Positions 12,201 to 27,200 of a stretch of 64,000 nt of DNA are shown here, in pieces. Every line of letters begins with the position of its first letter. Position 1 is the stretch's first letter. The DNA comes from Phoronis australis (Eukaryota; Animalia; Phoronida), in NCBI GenBank assembly GCA_002633005.1, contig NMRA01000352.1:1-64000 (forward strand), given 5' to 3'. A program made the translations under genes and the position numbers. The notes beneath the pieces are model-generated. The model was not told the origin of the DNA. It searched no databases and worked only from the letters and a program-made list of their open reading frames with translations.

Positions 12201-15200
12201 ATCTCAAGGCCCGGGTTTTTGTTGACAAAATCACTATTACTTGGCCAATTGTAAAAATTCTGGATCCCACATAATTCAGATTTTGATGGTTTCCAATCGG
12301 TTTTCATGTCACAAAAGGAAAATGGAAAATAGAGCCTGGATGTTTTCAAGGGTTCTAATATTTAGATGAGATCTGGTGAGAAACAATAACTGCCAACTAA
12401 GTGACTTAGCGAATAGAGTGGCTCATAACTGATAACTGCTGAGAATGGAATGTGGATAGAACCTGTCCAGCAGACCAGGTGACATTGGAGAAACTCAGAA
12501 GATTTCTCCAAATCGATCCTTGTCTCGTTTAAAGGGAATGCTTACAGCACGCGCACAGGCATGCCGTGGATGCAAACGTGCCCATGTACATATTATTAAA
12601 CACAAACGCATAATATTGCAGACGTACGATCACAACGAGGATCTTCTCCACTCCAGCTTCCGTTCTCCAGGCACTCTTTAACTAGGCTGCCATTAGTCAG
12701 ATTATAGCCAGTAAAACAGGTGTACAATACGACATCTTGGTAGTAGAATGAGTTACCACTGCGTCGAGTTCTTGAAATCATGGGAGGTTGGCCACACGAC
12801 ATACCTGTCATTGGAATGTAAAGCAGTTAGTATGGTGAGTAAACATGCCATGAGAATAGCTACACCAAGACTAGCCTAGGCGAGGTGCTATACCCCAGCC
12901 AAGCAGCAAGTCAAGCCTATTAATAAAGACATGTCTCAGTTAATTGAGCATGTAAATCTTTGTTAGAAAGTATTGGGCTTGTAATTATTTCCCCTAGAAT
13001 AGGTGTATAGCATTGAATTGGAAACACATTTTAGGGAAATGGTAATGTACTGTCTGCAGGAGATCAGGGGTGGGTGGGGTTAATTTGTAAACATAATTTG
13101 CATTTTTTTTTTCATTTATGTCAATGCATTCATACAGAACAGGAGTTACTAAATGTATGCATAAACTAATGCACACTGTGCCGGAAACACGCACATTTTG
13201 AAGTCAAACAATTTCTAGTTATTGAAATGCTCCATGACCTTATCTTTCAATTTTGTGCTCAGAAAAAAAAATTGTGTAAAAAAACTACATGACTACTGAG
13301 GCAACGGGATACCTTCATTACCAAATATTGAATTTGTTGAATAAATTTTTAAATTAGTAGACCCATAAAACTTAATAATTTTTTAAAATTTTACATGATC
13401 ACAGCAACTTATCATATACAAGAAAGCAATGCCCAGTTGTTTGTAATCACACCATTGGGTTATTCTAAAAAATGTGACTTTTCGTGGAACTAGCTGAATT
13501 TCTGAAAAACATTTATTTTTTCGCACAAAACTTGCAAATTCGGTTTCATCGTTAAGTTTAACAATAAAAGCATGCATGAGGGTTCAGCAGGAGAGCTGTC
13601 AAAAATGAAAACCTTTTTCAGGAATGTTGACGTCTCATTTTTGACAACGGACTTCTAGAGCTAAAAGGTTTTAAAAATCCCACACACGCTTCTGTGCCTA
13701 ACGGAATAAAGACACAGATGTTTCACGCAAAAAATACATGACTTTGTATAGGCTGGAAATTGCAGCAGTATTAATTTTGTTCTCTTCAATATTGTGATGA
13801 ACATTAGGCAACTATTGTCTGCCAAAATCAGGCGTGTGTCATTCCAAACTATGAGAAGACTCCGAGAAGACTAAAATCAGTTGAAGTCGAGTTTAATTAG
13901 CACTTGCATTAATTATCCACTGAAGTACTTATGGATAATTGTCAAAGAAACTAGTAAAGGACAGCCAATCAACCTACGTTTACATCTCAAGGGTATGGCA
14001 CTCCATTTCTTATCCATGCGACATGTCCGATTGTAGGATCCTCCAATATAGAAGTAGCCAGCTTTACAGGCGTAGTGCACAACATCTCCCACTTTGTAAG
14101 AAGACCCGGTTATTTGCACGCCGATGTCCGTGTTTTCGGGTTTTCCACACTTGACTCCTAAGAATTAAGACAAAAATTTGAGACGGATTTGTAATTTTTG
14201 TTTACCCTGCGGAATTCATTTGCTCAAAGGTGCCGTAAAACTGCCTTTTGTCCCAAAATGAATTCAGACCATTTACCATCATGATACAATTGGCCTCGAG
14301 AAACAAAACGGCCAAAATCGGAGCTATTTTAACCCTTAGCTTGTGCTACATTTCAATAAGTACCTTGCCGCCACCACAGTCAGTGGTGCCATTCAGTATA
14401 TCTGATGTTAACATCATTCAGCTAATCACTTACTGTCACAGACTGGGGCTGAGCCAGTCCATGTCCTATTCTCAGTACACATGCGTCGACTGTCCCCGGC
14501 TGAGAGTTCGTACCCCAAATTACACGCGTAGACGAGCAAATCTTGGTAGCAGAAGCTGTTACCATAACGCTTACTTAATGGCACTGGATCGGGTTCGCCA
14601 CAGCACTTTTCTGAAAGGAGTAGAAGGTCTGCAAGTTTGGCGACAAATGTTCACTAAAAAGCGTACCGTACATCAACACAAGAGTGTGTGTCATTCCAAA
14701 ATTATGAGAGGACTCTTGAGCGAACTAGAATCAGCAGAAATCCATATTGTGTTCAAGGGTACTAAGGGACTAATGAAGGAGAATATGACTGAACTCAATG
14801 AAACATGGTCACTGTCACATTAGTTACCACCTGGTGGTCTTCACACGTGCAGGTATGATGAGAAATTTGAGGCTAAGAAAATACCCAAGGTGTTCCAGGT
14901 GGACAATGAAGTTTGCCAAAGATAGCCAAAGTCGAATGAAGTGAGTATTCTTACCAATCACTGACAGCAGTCGTGTCTAACACTATGTCCAATGGCAGTG
15001 ACTACTCAATGGAAGTGGCCTTGATGATTTGTTAAATCTTGTGAATGAAAATGTAAGCTAGGGAATAACCTAAGGCCTGCTACTTCAACTTAAAAAACAA
15101 TTTGGCAAAGTTTTGGTGGATCAGAAATGCTCAACTTCAAAGTAAGATAAAATACCAATGAAGCTATATGAAAACGTAAATTTTAAACAGGCGTGGAAAT

Positions 15201-18200
15201 ATAGATTGCAATCATTTAAAAAACGATATGAAGTTCTTCATCAAGCTAAAATATGAAAGTTCTCCATGGTGACCACAACATAACCATTCAGTGAAAATGA
15301 GAGGCGTTAACTTGCCCTATTTCACGACGCAATTTTCTGTCAGAATACCAACTAATCAAATTCAACCTAGCATCACTACGGTTACGCAATTTTGAAAATA
15401 TCCACCAAGTGTACTTTTCTGGCTTAAAACACAGGGCAGATGAATAGAGAAATTCAACAAGAGCATTAAAATGCGACTGTATTGCAAACGGTGCGCTTAT
15501 AGGGGTGCTTATTGGTAACATAGAAATGGCCACTAGATGGTGCAGAATATGTTGAACCAATCCGACAATGGGAATTGCCATCTCTCTAGTACAAAACTAC
15601 TTTGAGGAAAATCTGTCAAAGAATTCCTAAGATACTGAGGCAAACAAAAAAAATAAATACCATGATTAGAAGGAACAGCTGTAGCCAAATCTGTCCATCT
15701 AGAGTCAATTAAAATTAATAGGTTGGAATACACTGTTGCCAAATTAAAATTAATAGGAACACACCAGGAACCATTTTGCCCTCTTTCAAGAAAGTGGGTA
15801 CTTCCTGCCCACATGTGGTAAGGTACTGCTGAAACTAACAGCAAGTTCTTTCATGTTTTTTACTTCCCAATCACTTACTATCACAGATGGGCAGACTGCC
15901 TGTCCAACCAGTTTTCAAACACTGTCTATGTAGATTGCCAACGCCCTTCCATTCGTAACCTAGGCGACATGTGTATGTGACGTTTTGCAGTGTGTTGAAG
16001 TTGGCCACATGTCGTGTGGAGTACAAGGCTCTTCCAGGGTCACCACACCCTCCCACTGTAAGGGCAATCATGAAATAAACAAAATTAAAATTAAATCACC
16101 AATCACATGTGGGACAAACCACAGCAACACCTTGCATCCGAATTCAAAAATAAGCAACTTCAAGTTACCGACAAGGCATATGCAAGGAATATGCATTCAA
16201 ATCAATTGGATAATAAAAGCGACAAGTGAACAAAAAAAACAAAAAAACAATGGAAAGTAGGAAATTTCACAGTAGAGTATGCCACATTGGCCAAAATGCC
16301 TTAAAATAGGTAATATTGCCATTTATTAAGTATTTGTTTTTACTTACAATTGCACACTGGCACATCACCAAGCCATGTAGCATTCTCTGAGCAGTTGTGA
16401 GTCATCCACTGGTCAATGCTTAACATGATATATGGGTAGTAACATCTGTACGTAATGACATCACCGAATAAGTAAGAACTGCCCTCAATGTAGGTGTGGT
16501 TGTATATTACAGGTGAACCACAGTTCACGCCTATAGATGAAAAAGGAAACAATGGCTAGATATTAGAATCAAGTTACCTGTGAATTTGGATCATTAAGGC
16601 TTAAAGTACTAAGATCTTATGTTAATTCAGAAAACTACTTCAAAGTGTCTCATTCAGCTTCCCAAATGTCTCTCTCACAAACGTGTTATTCTTGGACTAC
16701 ATGATTTTTATTCAACATTTTGCTGTTACTAGCCAAACAGTATTTACAATGAGAGATGTCACAAAAATATACATAATATTCACAAGTTTGTTATGAGTAC
16801 TATAATGCTGAAAAATTGATTGCATATAAAAATTTTGTGTATAACAGCTTCTCTGGGAAATGAGAAAATTTTATTGTTCATGTTAAATGCATGTAGCAGT
16901 TGTTTACTTTATACAAGATACGAGAATGGTCTCTACTGAGGTGTGCATGCGTGAATGAATGGATGTACTTGTTTGTTTGTTTTTGTAGTTGTTTATCAAT
17001 GACAATTATAGATATCTGAAAAAAAGATCTTATGTCAAAACAAACAACCAAGAAACTGTTAATATATCAATATGAAGCATATGAGTGCTCGGACAATTTG
17101 GTCAGTTGAGTCGCATATTTCATAACTAATCAGACAAGAATTGAAGCTCTGTAACCCTGTCTAGCAGATAAGCAATTGTCCAAAGCATAGAATACTTACG
17201 TCTACATTTGGGTGCAATTCCCGACCAAGTCTTGCTGGCCTGACAGATTCGTGTGAATGATGTCACATTATTGGTCAGTTCATAGCCAGGTATGCACGTG
17301 TAGTTTAGCGTGTCTTGGAAAAAGTGACCTTTGTCAGCAATAAGGCCGTTCTCCACAGGGTTTATGCCTGGACACCGCACACCTAAGGACAGTGATGAAA
17401 ATGTTAATACTCAGGGCGGTAGTTAGTTACCTACATAGCAGAAGTGCTCTGTATTGCCAGAAGCTGTCACTACTACACAAAATGCCCCAGTTCTCACATT
17501 GCGATAGTTTGTGCACACCTTCAAAGCATAAACTGTCCTAAATTCTCCATGCAACAATTTGTGGTTTAATTAATAAGGGTGCATCAACTACAACCGTAAC
17601 CCTAAAACTGCAACTGTTCCTGTAGACCTTCGAAGCATAGATTGTTGCAAAGTATTGTTACCAAAACACAATTGGGTGAAGGGACAGCTTGGACTAATTT
17701 TCTCAATCATGGCGGATGGATGGCAAAATTCCAGGCAACCAGAGTGAAATGACAGCCCACGAGATGGAAGAGAATGGTACTGCAGGCAGTTTCACCATGA
17801 CAACGCAAAAGGGGACATTTGCAATGGGAGACAAGATTGTCAAGATTGACAGAATGGTGAAGTTGGGATAGAAACTTTGATGTTGATGGGGATGACTTCA
17901 ATATACTTCAGTATACATCAAACCTATCCAAAAATGGGAAATCAATGTCATCTTCCCAACAGGAACCTACATATACGCCAAATTTCCTGAAAATCCATCA
18001 CAGAACTCTAAAGAAACGGCGAAGGCAAAAGTACAAAAATGCCTCAAGGGGGCGCCATATTATTCAGATCATTCAAAAACCATCGTAAGACATCTTCTAA
18101 ATAGTAGCAAACAGTTCAATTTTCACACTCCTTTGAACAGTTTGGCTGGTTAAGTAGAGAGAATGATGCCAAAACAGACTCAAAATTAGCCACCAGATGG

Positions 18201-21200
18201 CGTATGATGCCTTGAATCCTTTCGCAAATGAATAGGGATTGTTGTCCCCTTAACTGAAACCTATTTGCTAAATTGCACGAAAATCTGAAGGTACTCTGCT
18301 GAAGTAGAGAAAAAAAACATAAAAAAACAAAATTGTCCCAAAAAGAACATTGGAAAGTTGTTTCATAGGAATACACTTCAAGTCAAATTTCCCAAAGATT
18401 TTGCAAAGGGCTTATTAAGTGATACAGCTGCAAAGCGCCGCCACTGGACTGCTAGTGTAATGAGAACATGTATCGAAAATTTAATGTCAGCCACACACTA
18501 ATTTTTAGTCGGAACACATCCAACAATTTTCATTTGTCGATTAAGAGACGAATACCAAAAACAAATTCAAAAAATTTTAAAAATGATCACAAGGTGGTGA
18601 AAAATACATTGAATTCATCCTTAGTATAGACAGCTATTTACTTCCAATTTTTAAATGTAAAAATGACATCCACTTATGTACACCGTGCACTGGTTGTCCA
18701 AACTGCCAGAAAGAAACAATCGATCTGAAAGTATTTTCATTTCAAGAAATACAGCCGCAAATGCCAGAGAAACACACGCACACACACACACAGCGGATGG
18801 ACAAATGCCAGATGGAGGGACGGTGCACACGGATCACAGTAATATATTTATGCAACCATATAAATACAGGGGCACATAAAAATCTTCAAACATGTAATCA
18901 CTTAGGGTAAAAATACAACATTGAAAAGAAAATTAAATAGAAACATCAGCGTCAGTGATGCATGTTCAACACTCACGTATACACCTAAGCAGAATGCCTG
19001 ACCACTGCTTGTCAGCCAGACAGAAGCGCGTGTAGGAACCAGAAAACTTCCTGTAGCCAGGGTCACATGCATATGTCATGTTACCAGGATAATAAGTCAC
19101 GCCGGCACGAGTTCCATCAGTGACATTGCCAGGGTCGCCACAGTCGACAGCTGGAATGCACATAATACAGTAATGTCAAGAGTAGAGGCTTGTTTACCCT
19201 GAGTTGTGTTATTGACCAATCATGTCTCACACCTGGTTGGCGAAACGTGTCAACATCTGAATACGTGTAAATCTGAGCATGTGTCTAACAGAGGTTCTAA
19301 TATCTACAAACATCTATATGATCATCCAGAATGCATGTCAGAATACTCAATGTCCAATTTTAGTATCTTGGGCAGTGCGAGGACAGACTATAGACTTAAA
19401 TTAAACTTAAGCCTCGTGTATTCATTGGATAAAACCATCCATGAATGTGCAAGTGCCCACCTTGGTCTCACATTGTTTTGAGGTTATTGTCTAGAGCACA
19501 AGCTTGTTTACCCAATGTTATTGACCTATCATGTCTCACACCTGCATCACAACGTTACCAGTTGACCTTAACATCATGCTCAGCCTGCTTCTCATATCTT
19601 GAGAATCAGGAGTGCACTATGAAACATGTCTGACAAGAAAGGTTGTGTACTATTTGGCTATTTATTAAAAATACAGAATACTTCAGTTGTGTACATTGAC
19701 ACTCAACATTATCTTGAAATGACTCTAAAACCGTGTTCCATCCAAGAAGCAAACTTTTGATAACTTTCCGCTATATAACTGATCTCAACATTTTCATTAC
19801 TTAGTTGAGAAATGACTTTGGGTTTGCAAAGGACTGACAATCCTCGTTTAGATCACTTGAAGCATAAAATGACACGCCATGACGAGGCAACTTCTTGAGC
19901 CAGTCTTAAGCAGTAACGAACTGTCCACTCTTTTAAAGCCCTGAAATACCCACCAAAAGGCACAAAGAGAAGTCACTCTCAATTTTTAGTCTGCTTCAAT
20001 GCACTGGTTCTGTTCACTCTTGTTTAAGATCATGTAGGATCTTATCGACAAGTCTGTGTATTTGGCCAAGCATAAAAAATTACAGTATTCGACTCTAAGT
20101 ATACATCTTAAAACCCCCTCATGCAAAAAGTAACGTTTAAAAACATCTAGCCGCATTTAATTGCAGAAGTCACTATCAAAAGTTAAGGAGTTCTTAACTA
20201 CAGAGTAAATTTGTTTATATTAGTACTCTGTTCTGTACGAGTTTATAGCTGAATGCACATTTAATATTGGAATAACTGGTGAGCATAATGCAAAAATAAA
20301 CATTAAGCATCACATGGCTCATGTAATCAACAAATGGTGCGGCTCTGAAGAAATCCTGTCATGCTAACTTGTGAACATGAGTCCAAAGAAATTACATCAA
20401 AAAATAAGAGGGGCAAAATACTGTCTCATCAAAGGTCAAAATCAACAAGTAACTTTTCAAAAGGTGCCTCTCTCGAAATAAATCTCAATTGTGCAAGAAG
20501 ATCCTAACAGCAGTATTAGACATTCCGTATAACTGACGTGACAACACTCAAATGGCACCTGTGCAAGTCGGTAACACCCCTGTCCAGGTCCCACTAGGAT
20601 GGCAAGTTCGCAATGCATCTCCAGAAGTGACTTCGTAGCCTGTGTCACAAGTGTAGGTCACGTTAGACCCAGCGCTGAGTGAATCAAGATGGCGACTACC
20701 ATGGGTCACATTACCTGGGTCCTTGCAGAAAAACTCTAAAAGAAGATTTTTTTGTTTATTCACAACATAAACACATTTAATTTAGTGTATGCTCGGAGCA
20801 AATTTTCTTTAATGCAACTGATATTTAACAAAACATTGATGCCTAGCTTCTGCAGGGAGTCCACCCTGTTAGTAACATCACAATCAGTCTTAAATGTAAT
20901 GACACACAATGTAATAGCTGCCCGATGTTCATTGCAAAAACGGAGAAAACATTATATTATACACAGTCACATATAGTGGCAAAATTAAAACGAACCCAAC
21001 ATGAATGAATGAAAAGTTTGTGAACAGCGAATATTACACGATGAAACTTCCACAGAGTGTGTCATACATTCTGGAGAATAGGTTCGTCATTGGTCTCTAG
21101 AGGCATTGTATTATATAAAATAGTTGCTTACTTAGAGACGTGGTTGGTTGTTGGCAGACGTTTCGACCTGGTCCGCCAGGTATTTGTTGATGAATGAGGA

Positions 21201-24200
21201 ATATCCTGCCTTTCGCTCCTTAAGAATGCTGGAGTACACGGGGGGGGGGGGTGGAGTCCTCTCTCTCGGTTTAAGAGGGGGCGCTAACTGTTGATGTTTA
21301 TGGCCTCTTTGAGCTTANTTTGAGCTTACAATTTTCTTCCTTGTTAAAGCACAAACATTCTGTCGCCCGTACCCTCCTGGATAGAGCTGATCATTACCTC
21401 ACTGACTACCATGACTATGTCGAAGAGATGGCCAAGTTGAAGATGCTTTGCGAGCTAATGGATACCAGGAATGGATGTTTACCGACCCCCCTAGTCGTAA
21501 ATCTACTGAAAAACTCGATGGTCCCTCCGTTGCCATCCCATACATAAGAGGAATATCTGAACCCCTACAACACACCTACAGAACCACGGAATTTCCTCTT
21601 ACATGAAACCTATCAACACCCTCCGTTCCCTACTAGTCAGACCCAACCCCGATGGCTAAACAATGTGGGGTCATATACCAGCTGAAATGTGACCAGGATC
21701 CCAACCACACCTACATTCATTGGAGAAACCAAGAGACCGTTCCTTATCAGATTCAAAGAACATCTGAAACTAGACAGACCAACAGCTGTGGGGGGAACAT
21801 ATTTTGGCAACTGGGCACACCATCTCTTGTGTCATCCAGGATCCTAGCCAAGGAACAAAATTGGCATACTCGTAAGCTCAAAGAGGCCATAAACATAAAC
21901 AGTCAGCGCCCCCTCTTGAACCGGGACAGAGGACTCCACTTACCCCCCGTGTACTCCAGCATTCTTAACGAGTGAAAGGTGGGAAATCCCTAATTCCTCA
22001 ACAAATACCTGGCGAACCAGGTCAAAACGTCTGCCAACAACCAACCACATCTCTCAGTAATAAAGTGACTATTTTATATACTACTGTGTCATACATGGCA
22101 TTGATCACATACTAGTTTCTTGATATTACAAAGTGTCCTTACAGAAGCCACAAACTTAATTGAAGGTAACCTTCATGTCACAAATTGCCATTATATATAA
22201 ATTGCTTCTGAATTTATTTACTTTATCGAGAAAAGACTGCACATACTAACCTAAGCACATGTACAGCACAACAAGAAACGGGTCGCTGCTGATGTTAGTT
22301 GGACACGGACTCCCAAAGTACTGATTTGTTGGCGTGACACTGCAGAACGTCTTGTACTGGCACTCGTCGCGAACAATGGCCTCGTCCGTACCATTACTGG
22401 GGCAAGTCTGTATGGATGTTGCATTGCAAACACCTGTTGTGGTTACACCGAATGAGGCAGTAACAACTTCTAACAGAGTTTGGCTTGTGTTGACTGCCTG
22501 CGGACACGTGAGGTTAACTGTGGACCCTAGACATGTGGTTGTGGTAATGAAATCACCAGCAGCTGAAAGTCAAGGGAACATATTCAACAAGTTTTGAAAA
22601 TGGTCATGACAAAACTTGTAACACTTTATGCAATTGAACCTGACTTTTTGTTGGCACACTCAATTTGGAAGAAACAGCATCATGGCTTTTGCCAACGTGA
22701 ATTCACATGCAGTTTCTCATGGGCCAAGTAAACTACAAGTTCAAAGACCGGAATCACAAACATGGCTCTAGGATTAACAAACACAGTGCACAAACTCACA
22801 AAAAACAGCTTGTATGCGGCAAAGAACGTAGCTTCACCGACACAAACGTGTGCCCAGCTTCAAAACATGACTCTTGAACTCCTCATCTTTGTACATTATT
22901 TGTTAGAGCACCAGAGAATTGCCTTTGGCGAGTAAAGACTTGTTTCTAAGTGTGTAAACCATGCAGGTTCAGAAATGTGCTTTGCTCACCTTCACAAACA
23001 GGCTGGATACCAGACCAACTGCCGGTGTCAGTACACGTCCTGACTAGGTTGCCTGATACCAGTCGATAACCTGGCTTGCAAGCATATCTCGTCTCTGACA
23101 GGTAAGTAGTGCCCAAAATGAGCTTGGTAGTATTACCCACGTCCCCGAGAGTTGAACACGTAACAACTGTGGACAGAATTCAACAAAGCTTGTTCAAAAC
23201 TCGTTGGTACAAAGAAAAAAGTAATTGGACAAAATACTGTTTTACCATCATGAAAATTGTACCAATGAACATTTTTCAGATTTTATCTTGAACATTTAGG
23301 TGAAACGGAATTAACCCAATGTTCTTGATATTGTTTATTTTCTACATAACTAAAAACACATGGTCACATGATACAATTAAATAACGAAAATCAAATTCTA
23401 CAAGCTTTCAAATCTAAGACAAGACATCAATAAAACACTCATTAACACGATAAAAATAACCTCCCTTGCAAAACAATTAACAATTTATATTACAATGAAA
23501 TCATTAAAGTTGGATGTCATGAGCTACACCCAGTAGGAAACACTTATTTTCTGAATCTTCAAATAAATAATTCAGCGGTACACCAATCATGTCGATCGAT
23601 CTGGTACAACTACAGAGAGCTTACTTTGACACTGGAGTGGTGACCCTGCCCAATGACCAGTTTCATTACACCTGAGAATGGAGTCACCACTGGACCACCT
23701 ATATCCTGTCACACATGTGTAGTTGGCAATGTCATCAAATTTTGAGCCAGATGTCACAACTGTGGTATGTGGCAAAGAGGGTGCCGCTCCGCATGTTATT
23801 TCTGAAAAAAGAATTCACAGTTTTGTGGTTTGCCAGCAAGAGATATTTAGAGTGTGTCCAACAAGACTAGAGAGAAAGTGATCATTGTACACCACAGAAT
23901 ACATTGACATTTTGTGAGCAGGATGGTACGTACTGATCACACTTCAAACCACATTTCATTTTTTACAAAACACCACCGACAGAGGTAATAGTTGAATTTT
24001 AGCAATGAAAACAACATGGATCTTAACATGTCGAAAATATGACTTTAAACCGGTAATTTTCTAACACTTCTAACATTAGTCTCCTCAAGTGAACAAGAAC
24101 CATACACAATGGTCATACATTTCATGTTATCTGCATATTTCATTTCTGGTCTGGCAGATAAGTTAAATGCTATCCTTCATTTTAATTCAGAATTAATTGA

Positions 24201-27200
24201 GTGTTCTCTACGTAAATGTCTAAACACATGATTTAGGAAATTTCTTGCATAGTATACTGCTCAACAGTTTGTCTACTGGAGTTAAAACTCCAGAAGGCAA
24301 GCATACAAGGCAGTGCTTTACCTGCACATGTTGGTGCCACTCCAGACCATAATCCTGACGATAGACACTGACGCGTCAAGGCTCCTCCCGCAGAAGTAAA
24401 ACCCGTGTTACATGTGTATGTTACAGTGTTCGGTGATGTGTAGTCATTGCCACTCTTACTGGCATTGGCGATTTGACCAGGATCTCCACAGTTGGCAGCT
24501 TGAACAAAGAGAGGAATTACAAACCTACAGAACCAGAGTTAATCATCACACTTCAGGTAATTGACTGCGTAATTGAATTAGCAGCAAATGTAAGGCAATC
24601 AGCTATATCACAAGAAAATTTGGTAAGAACAATTTTCAAAACCATGACGAGCTCATTCTTTGGGCGTATCAAAATCACTATGACAAGCCAAGCAGTGATG
24701 TACACCAGTCAAGTTGCCCCCTTGTGTAGCTCAATGACAATAGAAGTTGGGACAACAAAGGAACATCAGTTACAATGCCCATTATTTCTCGTTTCTTCAG
24801 TAAATAATTAACTGATTTTTGCCTTTCTAACAACGAAAAAGTTCAAGACAGATTTTATTTTGATAGTCTACAGTGCCTAAAATGGTCACAAAAGGATGTG
24901 GCCACAAACAGACAACAGTTATGACTGCCACACATCTCTAAGTCACTAATCTTCAAACAAAAGCCAGTCATAAACGTCCAGACTACTGTAATCCCAACTG
25001 GTAAGAGGCATCGACAGTTGCCGGTTGGAAATGCGAAGATAATGAAGCAAAACGACCAGAAAAGAAATGTGTCCAGTGGCATGTGAAAGAAGGAAACAAA
25101 CAAAATGAAATACACATAAATTTTATGACAAAGCAACATAGTTGGCAAAAAATTTTGCCAATAATAATGCATTTTATTTTTTTCACGTAGCACCTCAACT
25201 GTCACACAAATGTGAAATTGAAATAACAAGATATTGAACTTCAACCCCACCATAACTGGATACCAGCTGTGCAGGAGTTTAAGTATTAAGCACCTGAAGT
25301 TTGGAATAAGAAAAAAATTTGATGTGAACAGACAGAGACTTTTGGATTATTACTGACAGAAGCCGAAGTTTACACAGCCTCGCAAAACCCCAAGTCTAGC
25401 TGAAACATAATTCTGAACTATCATAATTTCTAAGAGGGATGCCAGTAGGCAGTTAAGTGCACCAACTCACGGGGTGCAGGGTCCCCATACACCTCCACTT
25501 CACAGAGTGCCAGTGTCTCCTGCGTAGTCTTCCGGATGTAGACAAACTGAGTGTAGATCAGACTTTGGCACGGCATCACTTCTGTAGCACCTCGACCAAC
25601 AGTACCACTGTAGCTGTGACATAACGGATCATTGGTTGTCATGGCGGCACTCTCATTACTCAAGCGTACATCAAAACTTCGCAGTTGATCATCTGCATGA
25701 GAACAAACGTGCTTAGTGACCGTCTGCCTTAAAACTCCCACAACAGCAAAGAAATCAAAACCGCTAAAACTAATAAAACCCGGTACTTACGTATGCATGG
25801 CCTTGCATTCTCGTGTGAATAAAGTATTGAGATGAAATTCACAATACATGTTTTTTCCTATATTGCTTACCGTATTCAATATTTTTCATATAGAATGGTT
25901 ATCCCCATTCAATAATTAATCAACTTTTGAGAGTAATTAAAATTTTGGACTGGCAGACAACAACATTACCAGAAAAACTATGACTGCCCTCATATTCGAA
26001 TAAAAAGCCATAGCTTGACACTCGGGGTCACTGTATTTCTAAATGTTCCCAAAACTGCACCATTTCGGTTTTAAGGCTATGGGCTTATACAGCCAGTCAT
26101 TCCATCTTCCTATTCCACCATAAATCTTCACATTCCACCCTCCATCCTCCTACGCCATCCTCCCTTTCCACTCTCCACTTCCACTGTCCATCCTCCTCTA
26201 GCCTCTAACTTCTCCTTCCACCCTCCAACCTCTCTTTCCATCGCCCATCACTCTCCACCTTCTGCTTCCAAAGTCCAACCTCCACCCTCATTTTCCCTTC
26301 CACCCTCTCCTTCTACTCCCCATCCTCTTCTTCCATCCTCATCCTCTCCTTCCCTCCTACCACTTCCACACTCCATCCTCCCTGCCACCCTCCTTCCTGA
26401 TCCTTCAACCCTTCATCCCAGCTCTTCCACACCTTTCCTTCCAACATCTACCCTCCAGTTCCACGCTCCATCCTCCCTGCCACCCTCTTTCCTGATAATC
26501 CAACCCTTCATCCCCGCTCTTCCACACTTTCCTTCCAACATCTACCCTCCAGTTTCATTCTCCATACTCCCTGACACCATTCACCTCTTTCTTTTCCTGG
26601 TAACTATCAGATGTAATAACAGTGTTTGAAACTTCTAAAAAACAAATTATGATTGTAGAGCTCACTTGAAGGAGAGAAAGGCACCATAACCACGGACCTC
26701 AAAGAGAGAGGTTCCCTGATTTGGGTTCTCTTATCTGTCACTGTAATACAGAAGCTGTCCGAGATGAACCACACATATTTTTGTATTGTGCTGAGAAAAA
26801 AACAATTCAAGCCTAAAGTTGCCGCAACAATAACTCTCAAATGTATTCATAAGTATTAACCAAACATGTTTTTACTCACACTAGCTCATTTCCCTACTTT
26901 CATTTTAATTACGTGAGACAAATCATCCTTAATGGTCATTATCAACCGAAACGTTTGGCTGGTCAGTTAAGCAGACTAGTCAAGTGTGTACTTTAGACAG
27001 CTTTAATTGGAAAAACTTGTACCGACATTGATTCTCGATCAGGTTGACCTGACATGGGGGTATTGTGGCAATGTGGTGTACAACCAAAAAATACATAAAT
27101 ACGTACAGTATTGAGTGTCCACATTGGTGATCACAACGGTGTGTACCCGATACACATCTTGAAGATTCACCCTCCACCAACTGTAGGTGTCACTATTTGT

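Noticed and set aside
14248-14823. 191-aa plus-strand ORF
   Set aside because: Antisense shadow of CCP exon 30 with no recognisable domain; the same applies to plus-strand ORFs over exons 13, 15, 18, 24 and 33.
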